The position numbers and the translations under genes are program-made. Below, in pieces: positions 18,131 to 27,733 of a stretch of DNA of 46,115 nt. Within the stretch, counting starts at the first letter, position 1. Each line of letters starts with the position of its first letter. Under the pieces are notes generated by a model. That model made no database searches. It had not been told where the DNA came from and saw nothing but the letters and a program-made list of their open reading frames with translations. Source of the stretch: a virus (taxonomy: Duplodnaviria > Caudoviricetes); IMG/VR virus record IMGVR_UViG_3300031228_000011, positions 1 through 46,115 of that record. One strand, given 5' to 3'.

Positions 18131-19514
18131 TCAAGCGCTCCCGGATGCGCTTCTCGAGCAAGGCGACGGTTGCGGCGCGCTGCTGGGCTCGTTCGGCTTC
18201 TGTGGGCTCGTTGTCGTTCACGGGTTCGGCGGCGGGTTCTTCGATCGGCATAGCGTCCCGGCGGGACAGCCATTCGAGTGAGTGATCCTGTTCCTGCAAA
18301 TAGACGGTGTCCCCGCCATCGACCGGCCCGCGATCGAGTTTGGCGCGCTGTTCGTTAACCGTCAGTTTGCCCTTCGACTTTTCGAGCACGTCCATGAGCG
18401 TGATGCTGTCCATCCGCAGGAGGTTGTCGATCTCGAACTCGGTCCCGTAGGTCGTTCCGTTCGTGTTCACGCCCTGGCCGATGCCCAAGCCTTCATCCAG
18501 ACACAGTTCGATGCTTTCGATAAGCACCTGAAGACACTGCGAATAATACTCGACGTTCAGGCTCTGGATGTTGTTGTAGGTCGGCATCGTGCCGACACCG
18601 ATCTTGTACGGCGGAACGTGGAAGGTCGAACAGACCACTTCCGCCGTCCACTTGAGCTGCTCGATGAGCTGCGCGTCCGCCGCGTTCATTGCGATCGACT
18701 TGAACTCGAGGTCGCCGCTGAGAACGGCTATCTTGCCGGTGTTCGCGCCAGCATAGTTGTTATCCCAGTGCGTCTTGAGCTTGTCCGCATCCTCAGGGCT
18801 TATGCCCTTGGGCGCGATCAGCAGTCCACCAGGCTGTGAGCCATTACCAAACAGGTTCGCACTGTTTTCCTGAATGCGCAGCCCCTGCGTCGCCGCCAGC
18901 CCGCTCGCGTAGATCGGCGAGATGCCCACCAGCGGGTGGAACAGGCAATTGAACCGATCGTGGATGATCTCGTTCGCCGGGACCATGATCCGGGCTTCCT
19001 CGAGCCCAGCCATGTTGTCCGCGCGCAGCTCGTAATAAACTTGCCCGTCAGGCGTGACCTGCGGCGTGACCCGGTTCGGATCGAGAACATACAACGCGAC
19101 CACGACGCCGCGGTTGTCCCGCTCCTTCAGGACGTAGGTATTGCCGCGCTGCAGCTTCGACAGGACCCAATTCTCATAGAACTGGATGCGGGTCTGAAAG
19201 CGGTTGGGCTTGCGCAGGACGGGCGAGAAAGAGGCATTCGCCACCTCAGTCCAGATCTTGCTCTTTTCGTCCTGCGCGACCAGCTTGACGCGGTTCTTCG
19301 ATATGTCCCCGGCAATGAGGGTCAGGCAGGCGAACAGCGCATCATAGGCCAGAACGGCGTTGTTATCGACCACGATGTTGCGCTGCCAGTTCTGCGAGTT
19401 GGCCTCGAAGATCGGCCACCAACCCCGGCTGCTAACTGAGACCGGCTGCGGCTGCGCTTTCTGTGCTGGAGCCAGACCAGCGGCCAGCACGGCTAAGGCT
19501 TTGCTATCCGACAT
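18123..19514 (-). CDS. Portal protein (HK97 family)
   Basis: AC..LIA.DI, L.KPN..QT...F, GN.YV, EIIH.R, G.SPI, F.VP..KIG, NE.R...D..P..GGD. Confidence 0.95.
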   Translation of the reverse strand: MSDSKALAVLAAGLAPAQKAQPQPVSVSSRGWWPIFEANSQNWQRNIVVDNNAVLAYDALFACLTLIAGDISKNRVKLVAQDEKSKIWTEVANASFSPVLRKPNRFQTRIQFYENWVLSKLQRGNTYVLKERDNRGVVVALYVLDPNRVTPQVTPDGQVYYELRADNMAGLEEARIMVPANEIIHDRFNCLFHPLVGISPIYASGLAATQGLRIQENSANLFGNGSQPGGLLIAPKGISPEDADKLKTHWDNNYAGANTGKIAVLSGDLEFKSIAMNAADAQLIEQLKWTAEVVCSTFHVPPYKIGVGTMPTYNNIQSLNVEYYSQCLQVLIESIELCLDEGLGIGQGVNTNGTTYGTEFEIDNLLRMDSITLMDVLEKSKGKLTVNEQRAKLDRGPVDGGDTVYLQEQDHSLEWLSRRDAMPIEEPAAEPVNDNEPTEAERAQQRAATVALLEKRIRERLNA

Positions 19515-19710
19515 TGTAGACCCCGCGGCGAATGATGCCCGCGACTAGGGCCATACACAGCCCACTGGCGATGTAGGCCCAGCCCGCTCCCGCAAGGATA
19601 AACACGCCGTTCACGACCAGCGCAGCGCCTAAGACGGCTGGCATCAGAATGGCAAAAAGCGGAACCCAAGGCTTCAGAGCCGAAAGGAGGGCCTGCACTG
19701 CCTTTTTCAT
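19504..19710 (-). CDS. Small 2-TM protein preceding the portal gene
   Basis: Hydrophobic; similar small genes commonly precede HK97-type portal genes. Confidence 0.6.
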   Translation of the reverse strand: MKKAVQALLSALKPWVPLFAILMPAVLGAALVVNGVFILAGAGWAYIASGLCMALVAGIIRRGVYNVG

Positions 19711-20426
19711 GCGGCCTCCCTAACTTCTGGCACGTAATGCCTACGAACCCAGTGATCGAGCGAGCGGCTTCCCCCGACCGTCCACGGCTTGACCGCGCCC
19801 GGAAAGAACATCACCCGGCAATCTGGCGGCTGCATTGAATAGCGCGGGGAGAACCACACCGCTCCGTCGCGTTCGTCCCATGTGTCCTCGCCCCAGCCGA
19901 GACTGAAGGCAATCCAAGCTTGGTCCGACCCGAGGAAATGCTTGCCGGCCAACGTGGCGCGCTCAGGGGTGAACTCGGTATAGACCTGCGGCCTGGCGCC
20001 GGCCGTCATCAGCAACATGCTGCCGTTGTAAGGGCGCTTCTTCGGCGCCGTTCCGATCATCATTTTGAAGTCGGACGAGACACCAAACAGAGGATCGAGC
20101 GGACCTGCGATTACGCAATCGAGGTCCATGCACACGAACCGCTTCCCGAATACCCCGCCAGCGTTCGGGCCGAACATCGAAATCCGCCGCAAGCACTGGG
20201 GCTTCTTGTCGCCCCATGTCGGAATGCGGACGCTCTCGAAATCGCGGGGCGGCGTGATGATCTCGACCGAACTGTCTATTCCTTCCGGGTGATCGGTGAC
20301 GCAGGCCACCCGGTGCGGCATGGACAGGTTTCTGCGAACGGCTGCCGCCCATAGGTTAACGTGCTCAGGAAGGTATTCGGCCCTGCCGCCGCTCTGGCGC
20401 CAGAACCATGTGAGGACGGTAATCAA
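19707..20426 (-). CDS. GT-A fold glycosyltransferase-like protein
   Basis: Y..EHV..W...V.RNL..PH...C.TD, DxD motif (MDLDCVI), YNGS..L, SDQAWI; probable TTG start coupled to the upstream TGA. Confidence 0.78.
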   Translation of the reverse strand: MITVLTWFWRQSGGRAEYLPEHVNLWAAAVRRNLSMPHRVACVTDHPEGIDSSVEIITPPRDFESVRIPTWGDKKPQCLRRISMFGPNAGGVFGKRFVCMDLDCVIAGPLDPLFGVSSDFKMMIGTAPKKRPYNGSMLLMTAGARPQVYTEFTPERATLAGKHFLGSDQAWIAFSLGWGEDTWDERDGAVWFSPRYSMQPPDCRVMFFPGAVKPWTVGGSRSLDHWVRRHYVPEVREAA

Positions 20427-21340
20427 GCCGCACGCCTCTCGAACTCGGCCACTTGGTCGAACAGCAGGCGATAGCGCACCAGAAAATCCGGCCTTGCGCC
20501 GCGCAGGTAAGCCCACTTCGCCATGACCGCCTGATCCCCTTCCTCAAGAACCCGGCGAAGCGCGCTCACGGCCTCGGACTTATAGCCGGCATCCGACAGG
20601 AACATCGCCTGGCCGCAGCGGAAGGAAGCCGCCTTTTCCTCCGGCACGTAATTGAGCCAGTAGGTCCACGCCAATTCGATCTCGCCAGCCGTCCAGTCCC
20701 CGAACGCCTCGCGCGTGACTTCTTCGTCCTTCCAAGGGTTGGTGACGCGGAACACCAACGTCGTTCCCGGCACGACGGATTCGATGCACTGGAAATGATG
20801 GCGGAGCCGAAACAGGCAGGCGGGGATTTCGTAGCTCGGGAAGTGGCAGAAGTCCTGCCACGCCATCACCGTCCCGTCGCGAAAGCCCTTGCGGAAATTG
20901 GTCAGCACTGCCGAGATTTCCGGCACCCGCTTGGGCGCGTCGGAGATAATCAGGGCAATGGGTTCCTCGCCCCACTTGGCCGCGGCGATTTGCCCCTGGT
21001 GCGGCTCGATGTATTCCATCAGCGGCCCAAGGTTCGATTGGAACCGAGGGAAGGCGTCCCCGAGCGGCATGTCGTCCTCGTTGATGCCGCGCTTGGCGTA
21101 GAATGTGCGGACCTTCTTGACGTGGCCCTTCTTCGACTGGAACTTGTCGTAGACGTGGACCTTGCCGCCGCCGCTATCCCGAACGGCTGCCGCGATGTAG
21201 GCAGTCGAAGCTCCAAGCCATGCGCCGAACTCGATGATCGCGCCTTTGCCCACGGCTTCGCGGGTCAGGCGGTAATAACACTCCCGCTCGGCATCGCTGG
21301 TCATGGCCGGGATGGCGGGGAGGCCAGTTCGTGCCTGCAA
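20423..21340 (-). CDS. Class I SAM-dependent methyltransferase (sugar O-methyltransferase-like, Methyltransf_24 type)
   Basis: IIEFGAWLGAST motif I, HVYDKF, IALIISDAPK, WQDF. Confidence 0.8.
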   Translation of the reverse strand: MQARTGLPAIPAMTSDAERECYYRLTREAVGKGAIIEFGAWLGASTAYIAAAVRDSGGGKVHVYDKFQSKKGHVKKVRTFYAKRGINEDDMPLGDAFPRFQSNLGPLMEYIEPHQGQIAAAKWGEEPIALIISDAPKRVPEISAVLTNFRKGFRDGTVMAWQDFCHFPSYEIPACLFRLRHHFQCIESVVPGTTLVFRVTNPWKDEEVTREAFGDWTAGEIELAWTYWLNYVPEEKAASFRCGQAMFLSDAGYKSEAVSALRRVLEEGDQAVMAKWAYLRGARPDFLVRYRLLFDQVAEFERRAA

Positions 21341-21804
21341 GCGATCCTCCCTGCGATTCTGTCAAGGCCCAGGACTTGCGCGAGCGCTAGCCGATGGTTG
21401 CCCTGGTTGCCGATGAACACTTCACCATCCCGTCCGATGAGGAAGGCGGGAAGTGAGAGTTTCTTGCCGTTGCCGTTCTCAGTCCTGAACCCGTCGCGCG
21501 TCAGCACCGCGTGGAGCTTGTCGAAGCGGCGGGTATAGTCTTCGGCCAACGCTTCAAGCGTGGTCGCGCGGCCTATCCTGCCGTCGCGTTCCAGCCGTCT
21601 CCTGTAGGCGTCGGCGAACAGGTCGGTTTCCAGCCAATCCTTGCCGGCGACGTAGCGATCCCGAACGGCCCGGTATTTGAGACAATCCTGAAAGACGTGG
21701 CGGCGGTCTAGATCCCAGTTGCCGCCCTTGCTGCCGCGTAGGTCGCGGACTGGGGTGATCTTGTAGAGGATCGCAGCGGGATTGACCCAATGCGGGTCAG
21801 GCAC
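21301..21804 (-). CDS. ParB/Sulfiredoxin-like fold protein
   Basis: IGRDGEVFI...GNHRLALAQVLGL resembles the ParB/Srx G.HR signature; no HTH evident; start uncertain (21804 or 21825). Confidence 0.6.
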   Translation of the reverse strand: MPDPHWVNPAAILYKITPVRDLRGSKGGNWDLDRRHVFQDCLKYRAVRDRYVAGKDWLETDLFADAYRRRLERDGRIGRATTLEALAEDYTRRFDKLHAVLTRDGFRTENGNGKKLSLPAFLIGRDGEVFIGNQGNHRLALAQVLGLDRIAGRIACRHELASPPSRP

Positions 21805-22363
21805 GTTGCCCGACGACGATCGCATCGCCCTCGGTCACTTCCTCGGCTATCCGGTAGCCGTGACGCATCAGAACGTCGCGCATCCCCTCAAGCGAGGCGT
21901 AATAGTTGAACTCGCCCAGCGGTTCATGCGGCCTGCCGGCGTGATAGGCTTTGGCGCGTCCCTTGTTGCCGCACAGGACCACTTGAGGCACCCGCTTGGC
22001 GATCTCGGCAAACACCGTGTCGACCTGGCCCCGCAGGTAGTAAATCGACCGCACACCGATGAACGTGTCCTGCCCGTCCAGCCGCGCGAGGTTGTCCTGC
22101 AGCTTGCCGTTCACGAACGTAACCCCCGAAACACCCCATTGGTTCGCCAGCTTCTTCGCATTCGCGTGGCGCTCGGCGTTCGCCTCTATCGCGGTCACCC
22201 GCTTGCCTTCTTTCGCCAGCAAGCAGGCCAGCACACCTTCGGCCGACCCCAGCTCGACCACGCGGGAACCGGTTATGAACGGCAGCAGCCGGGTGTATTT
22301 CGCGGGAGGTCGCCCAGCGAGAATTTCCGCCGTGTGCGTCCGGTAGGCGAGCGATCCTGTCAA
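21797..22363 (-). CDS. Class I SAM-dependent methyltransferase
   Basis: RVVELGSAEG motif I, VTAIE motif II. Confidence 0.82.
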   Translation of the reverse strand: MTGSLAYRTHTAEILAGRPPAKYTRLLPFITGSRVVELGSAEGVLACLLAKEGKRVTAIEANAERHANAKKLANQWGVSGVTFVNGKLQDNLARLDGQDTFIGVRSIYYLRGQVDTVFAEIAKRVPQVVLCGNKGRAKAYHAGRPHEPLGEFNYYASLEGMRDVLMRHGYRIAEEVTEGDAIVVGQRA

Positions 22364-22563
22364 GGCAACATGTCCCGAAACATGCCAAAGGGGCTACCCT
22401 CAATTAACATCGACACCCCGACCAAAAGAAAGGCCGCTAGGCCAAAGATCATGCCAAACTGCAAGATAGCCGCGCCAAATCCATCCTTAATGACCAAGGC
22501 CACAAAGAGACCAATGGGCACGGATGCGAGCATCCCAGCGCCTATGATCTGCCCCCGGCTCAT
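22360..22563 (-). CDS. Small 2-TM membrane protein (lower GC)
   Basis: Hydrophobic; 4-nt overlaps on both sides. Confidence 0.55.
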   Translation of the reverse strand: MSRGQIIGAGMLASVPIGLFVALVIKDGFGAAILQFGMIFGLAAFLLVGVSMLIEGSPFGMFRDMLP

Positions 22564-22871
22564 GCTTCGGTGATCTTTTCCTTAAGCTGGTCGACTGACC
22601 AACCGTTGAATGGGCGCTTGCCGAAGGTCTCGACATACTTGTCGCGCCAGACCTTGATGTCGTCCGAGTCCTTGCTGATCGGGGCCATGCCGACCTTCGC
22701 CCGCGCATCGTCAAGCGCGACTTTGGTGTTGGGGTTGTCGTTGCGCTCAGCCTTCTTCAGGTGAACGAGGACGCGAGCGTGCTGCTCGTTCTTCACCCGG
22801 AAATTCTCGCCCGGCAGCAGCCGGCGCGTCCGATACCGGAGCGGCTTTACCGCGGTCATCTCGATCGACAT
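22560..22871 (-). CDS. Capsid-adjacent small protein
   Basis: GAGG RBS; Y...FGK.P..GW....L.EKI helical motif; first gene after the capsid gene. Confidence 0.65.
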   Translation of the reverse strand: MSIEMTAVKPLRYRTRRLLPGENFRVKNEQHARVLVHLKKAERNDNPNTKVALDDARAKVGMAPISKDSDDIKVWRDKYVETFGKRPFNGWSVDQLKEKITEA

Positions 22872-22888
22872 AGCTACCTCGCATCAGG

Positions 22889-22922
22889 GAAAAGAGGCGG
22901 GGAAGCCCGAGGACTTCCCCGC
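22889..22922 (-). terminator. Probable intrinsic terminator/attenuator after the capsid gene
   Basis: 9-bp stem GCGGGGAAG/CTTCCCCGC followed by CTCTTTT on the minus strand. Confidence 0.6.
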
Positions 22923-22935
22923 TGTAGTTCGCCGG

Positions 22936-24324
22936 TTAGGACGAATTGACCGCGCCGCCCCAGGCAACGCTGCTCAGGTAGGTCACCGCGGATTCGCGGC
23001 GGCGCGCCCAGTTAATGGTGCGTTCGGCACGGAGGCCAACTAGATTATTTTGCCACAGGGAGACAAGACTTGCCCCGGTAGGCTGGTCCTGGGTAAACCC
23101 GGTATCCAGCATTTCCAGCGAAGCCTCAGTGCTCATGTCGACCGAGATGCCACCTTCGTCGCCGACGAAGATGTCCGACGCATTCACCAGCGCGACATAG
23201 CTGCCGATATACTCGCTGGTGATGACCGGCAGGCCCGCGAAGATGCCGCCGTTCATGCCGATGCCCGGAAACTCAGCCTGGCCGAGCCCGTTCACCAGCA
23301 GCGACAGCGCAAGCGCGTTGCCGCTCGACATGATCCACACGCCCTGCGACGGCGGATTGTTGGCGTCGATGAAGTACTGCATCACCGAGCGAATATCGAG
23401 ACGGACATCGTCCGCATCGGTATAGCTCGTAGCGGCAATCGCCTGCGCGCCGTTGGTGATCGCCGCCGGCTTGACGTTCGCCGAGCCCGAGTTCGTCGGG
23501 TCGATGAAGTCGGTATCCAGCCGATCGGTCAGGGCCGCGACGAGCTGGTCGCGAACGATCACGTCCGAAGCAGGCGAACTGTCGCGGACACTTTCCATCG
23601 ACAGCACCGCGATCGTCGCAGCCTTCAGCGGCTCGAGCGTGGTGCTCGAGAAGTTGAAGCTGGTGAGACCCTTCGGCTTCGCCTCGCCGGTCCAGTAGGC
23701 AGCGCCCGCACCCGACTGGGTGATGAGGCGCTGACGAAACGGAACCGTGCGCAGCGACGGGATATTGCCCGTGCCGAACTTGCCGAGGATGGTCATCGGA
23801 CGCAGGTATTCGGCGAAGTCGGCAACAGGGCCGCTTTCATCGCTCACCAACGCCGAGGCCCAGTTGCCCGAAGCGGTCGTGCCGGCCGCAACCGTCGCCT
23901 TGATGTGGCCGAAGACATTGCTGTTCTCGCCATACATGCGCTCGGCCACGTCCACCGGACGCTCGGAATCGAGCTTCGACACGGCCCGCACCTTGGCCAT
24001 GCGAGCGAACTCGACGCCGGGCTTCAGCTTGGGCTGGGTCTTGATCTCGATGCGCTGACCGCCGCGGGACCGGTCAGCCTCGCCGGGATCGCCGCCGGAC
24101 GCGGGAACGGCCTTGGTCTTGAGCGTCTTTTCGGTGACGCGCAGGCGGCCGAGGTGCTTGTCGATCGCCTCGATGTCGGCCTGGTTGCCGTCGAACTGCT
24201 CTTCCTGCTCGGCGTCGAGGGTGGCCCCTTCGGTCGCCGCCTTCTCCATGATCGTCTCGTTCGCGGCGACAAGCGCAGCACGCTTGGTCTCGAACGCGCC
24301 GATCTGTTCAGCAATGGTTGCCAT
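22936..24324 (-). CDS. Major capsid protein (HK97 fold)
   Basis: N-terminal coiled-coil delta domain; A.W.GE...K, GLPVI.S, SLWQ.N.V..RAE..I.W...R. Confidence 0.95.
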   Translation of the reverse strand: MATIAEQIGAFETKRAALVAANETIMEKAATEGATLDAEQEEQFDGNQADIEAIDKHLGRLRVTEKTLKTKAVPASGGDPGEADRSRGGQRIEIKTQPKLKPGVEFARMAKVRAVSKLDSERPVDVAERMYGENSNVFGHIKATVAAGTTASGNWASALVSDESGPVADFAEYLRPMTILGKFGTGNIPSLRTVPFRQRLITQSGAGAAYWTGEAKPKGLTSFNFSSTTLEPLKAATIAVLSMESVRDSSPASDVIVRDQLVAALTDRLDTDFIDPTNSGSANVKPAAITNGAQAIAATSYTDADDVRLDIRSVMQYFIDANNPPSQGVWIMSSGNALALSLLVNGLGQAEFPGIGMNGGIFAGLPVITSEYIGSYVALVNASDIFVGDEGGISVDMSTEASLEMLDTGFTQDQPTGASLVSLWQNNLVGLRAERTINWARRRESAVTYLSSVAWGGAVNSS

Positions 24325-24400
24325 GTTGAAAATTCCGTCTTGCCCCTTGCGGGGACTGGGAAAGCCGACGCTTCACAGCGTGGGCGAACCTTTGGTGGGG

Positions 24401-25027
24401 TCAGGCCGTGCGCTTGATCTCGCGCACGACAAACGGTGCCGCCCTGTCGCGGGCTGGCGTATCCAAACGGACCACGCGAGCCGTCTTGCCGGTCGCGGCA
24501 GGCTCGTCGGGTTGCGGGATTTCTGGGTCATCTACGATGCCTTCAGCTTCACGATAGGCAGCATCGATTGACTTGATCTGCGAGATTATGGCCTCTGCCT
24601 GCATCGGAATCGTGACTGCAGAAAGCTCGAACACCTCAGTTTCCTCGAAGTCGTATCCGCCGCCCTCGTTGCGCAAAACCTTTCCATCGATTGGCAGGAA
24701 GCCAATCGATGTAGCGCGCACGAGACCGTATTCGATCTCGCCCCAAGCGGTATCTGTCCGGTCCTTGAGTGGGCCAGGTTCCTTGACGATAGGAATCTCG
24801 GCCTCGAAATCGATCCCCTTCGCAGTCGGCTTCTCAAATCGCACGAGGCCAATCGGCTGATCGTGCTTGTGCTGCCAGAGCAGCGGCAAAGGGTTCTTGA
24901 ACTTTACCCCGAGTGGATTGATTACGTCGCCAATGCGATCAGGCGTTGGCGTCGTTGCGGTTCCGCGAAAGATGCGGCGGTCGCGGTCGATCGATTTGAC
25001 CTCAAGGACCGAATACGCTCGGTTCAT
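24401..25027 (-). CDS. Prohead protease (HK97 family)
   Basis: G.AT....DR.GD, LLWQH....PIG, SIGF, ELS.VT.P. Confidence 0.93.
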   Translation of the reverse strand: MNRAYSVLEVKSIDRDRRIFRGTATTPTPDRIGDVINPLGVKFKNPLPLLWQHKHDQPIGLVRFEKPTAKGIDFEAEIPIVKEPGPLKDRTDTAWGEIEYGLVRATSIGFLPIDGKVLRNEGGGYDFEETEVFELSAVTIPMQAEAIISQIKSIDAAYREAEGIVDDPEIPQPDEPAATGKTARVVRLDTPARDRAAPFVVREIKRTA

Positions 25028-25036
25028 GCGAACCTC

Positions 25037-26902
25037 CTAAATCACGAGAATGGAATAGGCAGGGGCGTGATCGCCGATTGCCTTCGTTGCTCCGATGGCC
25101 ATGCAAAGCGCCACGGCAGCATCAATCTTGTTCGTGGACCGCTCTTTGGCGAGCCAGCGATTATCCCAGCGATCCTCATCGGTAACCGCCGACATCATCG
25201 CGGAAATAAGCACCGGATTGCGCCGGAGGCGGATTCGCCCTTCTAGAATCGCCTCCTCCAGCATCCGCAAGGAGCCCGGCATCCAGAGACCTTCCGCCTC
25301 CTGGTTATCCTGCTTCGCGGCGTCCTTCATTGCTTCGGTTGGCTTGCCCTTTTTGGTCCCCCCCTGGGGATGCTCTATGAAGGGGAGAGAAAGACCAAGT
25401 TCCTGACATTCCTCTTCGAAACGGCGGAAGGCATATCGGTCATAGCCGATCGCGCCGATCTCGAAGTCCCGAGTATCCTCTGCCAGCGCCTGCGCGACAT
25501 GGTCGAACCGGATGCTTTGCCCTTTTGGCGCCTGCAGGAAGCCGGCCTTTACCCATGCCGAATAGGGCAGCTTGTCGTTTATTTCCCGGGCAGCGAGCGT
25601 GTCGCCGGGCGACCATGCCTCAATCCACGCATCGTAAGTCGGCTTGTCTACGACCTTCTTCACTCCATCGACCATCACTTCGACCGGAACCGTGCCGGTC
25701 ACAACAGTCGTGGCCTTGGCCGTGATGTCGCGGTTCTGCGACAAGTCGATCCCGATAGAGACCTTCTTGCCGAAATGAACCGCCGGGTCGAAGTCTGCTA
25801 GACAGGGCTCCAGCGTCTCCCGCGTCATCCACGCAGTGTCGGCTTCGGTCCACTGGCAGAAATGCAGCCGCAATATGCCGTTCAGCTTGCCCGGCATCGC
25901 CTTTGCCTGGGCTACATTATCCCGGAGATAGCTTTCCTCAATCGTGATCCCAAGCAGCGGGTTGGCTTTCGGCCAGCACCGCGGATCGTTGAGCGGGTCA
26001 TCCCCCGGGTCTAGCGCGCAAACATAGGAAAACTGCGTATCGGCGTTGTCGTCTATAACCTCGCCCAGATAGGTCGCATCTTCGTCCTTCGCATCATGAT
26101 TGCCCGCGGCAACCTTGACCGCTCGCTCATGCTCTTCCCAGCAAATCGAATTGCGATCCGAACCCGAGTTCGTAATCATCAGCAGCAGCGGCTGCCGGCG
26201 AAACTTGAACCCGCGCTCGAGCATCTCCATTACGCCGCGGTCGGGATGCTCATGCACCTCGTCGCACAGGGCGAAATGCGGCCGCGGGCCTGAGCCGGTC
26301 TTGCGCGCTTCGCGACTGATCGGCCGGAAAAATGACTTCTTCGCCAGGTATGCCAGATTGAACTCGCGGCCCTTGCCGCCGCTGGTCTTCGTGCGCGATT
26401 CAATGTCGGGCGACTGATCGCGCATCTTGATGGCGTCCCGGAACAAGATCGCTGCTTGGTCCTTGGTCGCGCCGGCCGAATAGATTTCCGCGCCAGGCTC
26501 CCGGTCTGACATCAGCCCGAAAAGGCCAATGCCCCCGGCGATGGGCGACTTGCCGTTGCCCTTACCCTGTTCGACATAGGCCCGGCGGAAGCGCCGAACC
26601 CAGCCATGCTTCGGATGTTCCTTCTGCCACCCAAACAGCGAGCCGATGATGAATGCCTGACTCTCATGCAGGACAAGAGGTTCGCCCTCGAACTGCCCCT
26701 CGCTGAGCTTCAACTTCTCCTCGAAGAACCGAATAACGCGGGCCGATTCTTCCTCATTGTATCGCAGTCCCCGCACGGTGCCCTTGTCCAAGTCGTCAAG
26801 GTGCCGACGGCAGGCGTTGCGAACGTGCGGGCCGGCGATCACCAGCCCATCAACGACACGACGGGCATAGGTAGTAGTCCGGTCAGTCGTCAAAGAACTC
26901 AT
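25037..26902 (-). CDS. terL: Terminase large subunit
   Basis: GKGNGKS Walker A, LCDEVHE Walker B, W.KANP, GIDLS nuclease motif, KIDAAVA. Confidence 0.96.
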   Translation of the reverse strand: MSSLTTDRTTTYARRVVDGLVIAGPHVRNACRRHLDDLDKGTVRGLRYNEEESARVIRFFEEKLKLSEGQFEGEPLVLHESQAFIIGSLFGWQKEHPKHGWVRRFRRAYVEQGKGNGKSPIAGGIGLFGLMSDREPGAEIYSAGATKDQAAILFRDAIKMRDQSPDIESRTKTSGGKGREFNLAYLAKKSFFRPISREARKTGSGPRPHFALCDEVHEHPDRGVMEMLERGFKFRRQPLLLMITNSGSDRNSICWEEHERAVKVAAGNHDAKDEDATYLGEVIDDNADTQFSYVCALDPGDDPLNDPRCWPKANPLLGITIEESYLRDNVAQAKAMPGKLNGILRLHFCQWTEADTAWMTRETLEPCLADFDPAVHFGKKVSIGIDLSQNRDITAKATTVVTGTVPVEVMVDGVKKVVDKPTYDAWIEAWSPGDTLAAREINDKLPYSAWVKAGFLQAPKGQSIRFDHVAQALAEDTRDFEIGAIGYDRYAFRRFEEECQELGLSLPFIEHPQGGTKKGKPTEAMKDAAKQDNQEAEGLWMPGSLRMLEEAILEGRIRLRRNPVLISAMMSAVTDEDRWDNRWLAKERSTNKIDAAVALCMAIGATKAIGDHAPAYSILVI

Positions 26903-27272
26903 CGCGCTCTGCGTCATCGGCAGCAACCCGGTTGCGTTCGTCAGTCAGCCCGAGTTCGCTCATGTAAGCGCGCATCTGTCCATGCTTAGAAGCCGGGAAC
27001 CCGGTTGGGCAAAAACGGAACTCCTGCCACAGTTCGCAGAATGCGATTGCCGCGGCTTCGCGGCCTGCGTCGAGCCAAAAGGCCGGGGCGATGTAGCGCT
27101 TCCACGCTTTCGCCGCCTCCCCCTTCATGCCCTGCGGCATGACTGGCTTGCCGAACTTGTCCGCCTCTATCGCCGCCTTGGCCCTGGCTTCGTCTCCGTG
27201 CCGCGTGGTCCGATGCGTGCCGTCAATCAACCGCAGATGAGCGGGTTTCGGCTTCGCTCCTCTTGCAGCCAT
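26883..27272 (-). CDS. terS: Terminase small subunit
   Basis: RG.KPKP..L....G N-terminus, ELGLT...R; upstream of terL. Confidence 0.85.
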   Translation of the reverse strand: MAARGAKPKPAHLRLIDGTHRTTRHGDEARAKAAIEADKFGKPVMPQGMKGEAAKAWKRYIAPAFWLDAGREAAAIAFCELWQEFRFCPTGFPASKHGQMRAYMSELGLTDERNRVAADDAERDEFFDD

Positions 27273-27371
27273 ATTCGCGAACTCCAGACTTCAATGTGGT
27301 TTTGCGAAAATTGTGGTTCGGACGCGGTACTGTGCCGGACGGTCAATATGTTCGGACTGCCCCCCGCCGGT

Positions 27372-27662
27372 TCATTCGGCGGGCCACCCGTCCTCTGCAA
27401 TGCGAACCTTGGGCCGTCCGCCGTTCTCGATGGTGGTCTTGCGGTCATGGCAGGGCTTACAGATTGCCTGTAGGTTGTCCTCGTCATCCGTTCCGCCCTT
27501 GGCTTTCGAGATGATGTGGTCGACTTGGGTGGCGGCGGATAGGGCGCTGGCTTTCAGGCAGGGCTTGCACAGGTGCTTGTCGCGCTGGAGGATGCGCAGC
27601 CTTAGCTTGTTCCACTCTGTACCATAGCCTCGTGCGTGGCGACTTTCACGCGACCATGCCAC
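27372..27662 (-). CDS. HNH endonuclease (HK97 gp74-like packaging cofactor)
   Basis: RGYG..W..LR..IL.RD..LC..C, VDHI..K..GG.D...NLQ..C..CH..KT; adjacent to terS. Confidence 0.9.
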   Translation of the reverse strand: MAWSRESRHARGYGTEWNKLRLRILQRDKHLCKPCLKASALSAATQVDHIISKAKGGTDDEDNLQAICKPCHDRKTTIENGGRPKVRIAEDGWPAE

Positions 27663-27733
27663 TGCGCTTCCTTATCTCTACGCCCTTGCGTCCGCGTATG
27701 CGCTTGTCGGGGGCGGATAGCGTTCGCATCCGG

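Noticed and set aside
21301-21825. Plasmid-prophage partition system (ParB)
   Set aside because: No HTH region and no parA gene; the phage has an integrase and attP, and the gene lies among glycan-type enzymes.
9815-24571. Long plus-strand ORFs opposite structural genes (e.g. 10292-11431, 20453-21538, 23050-24417)
   Set aside because: Expected antisense shadows in GC-rich coding DNA; no recognisable motifs.
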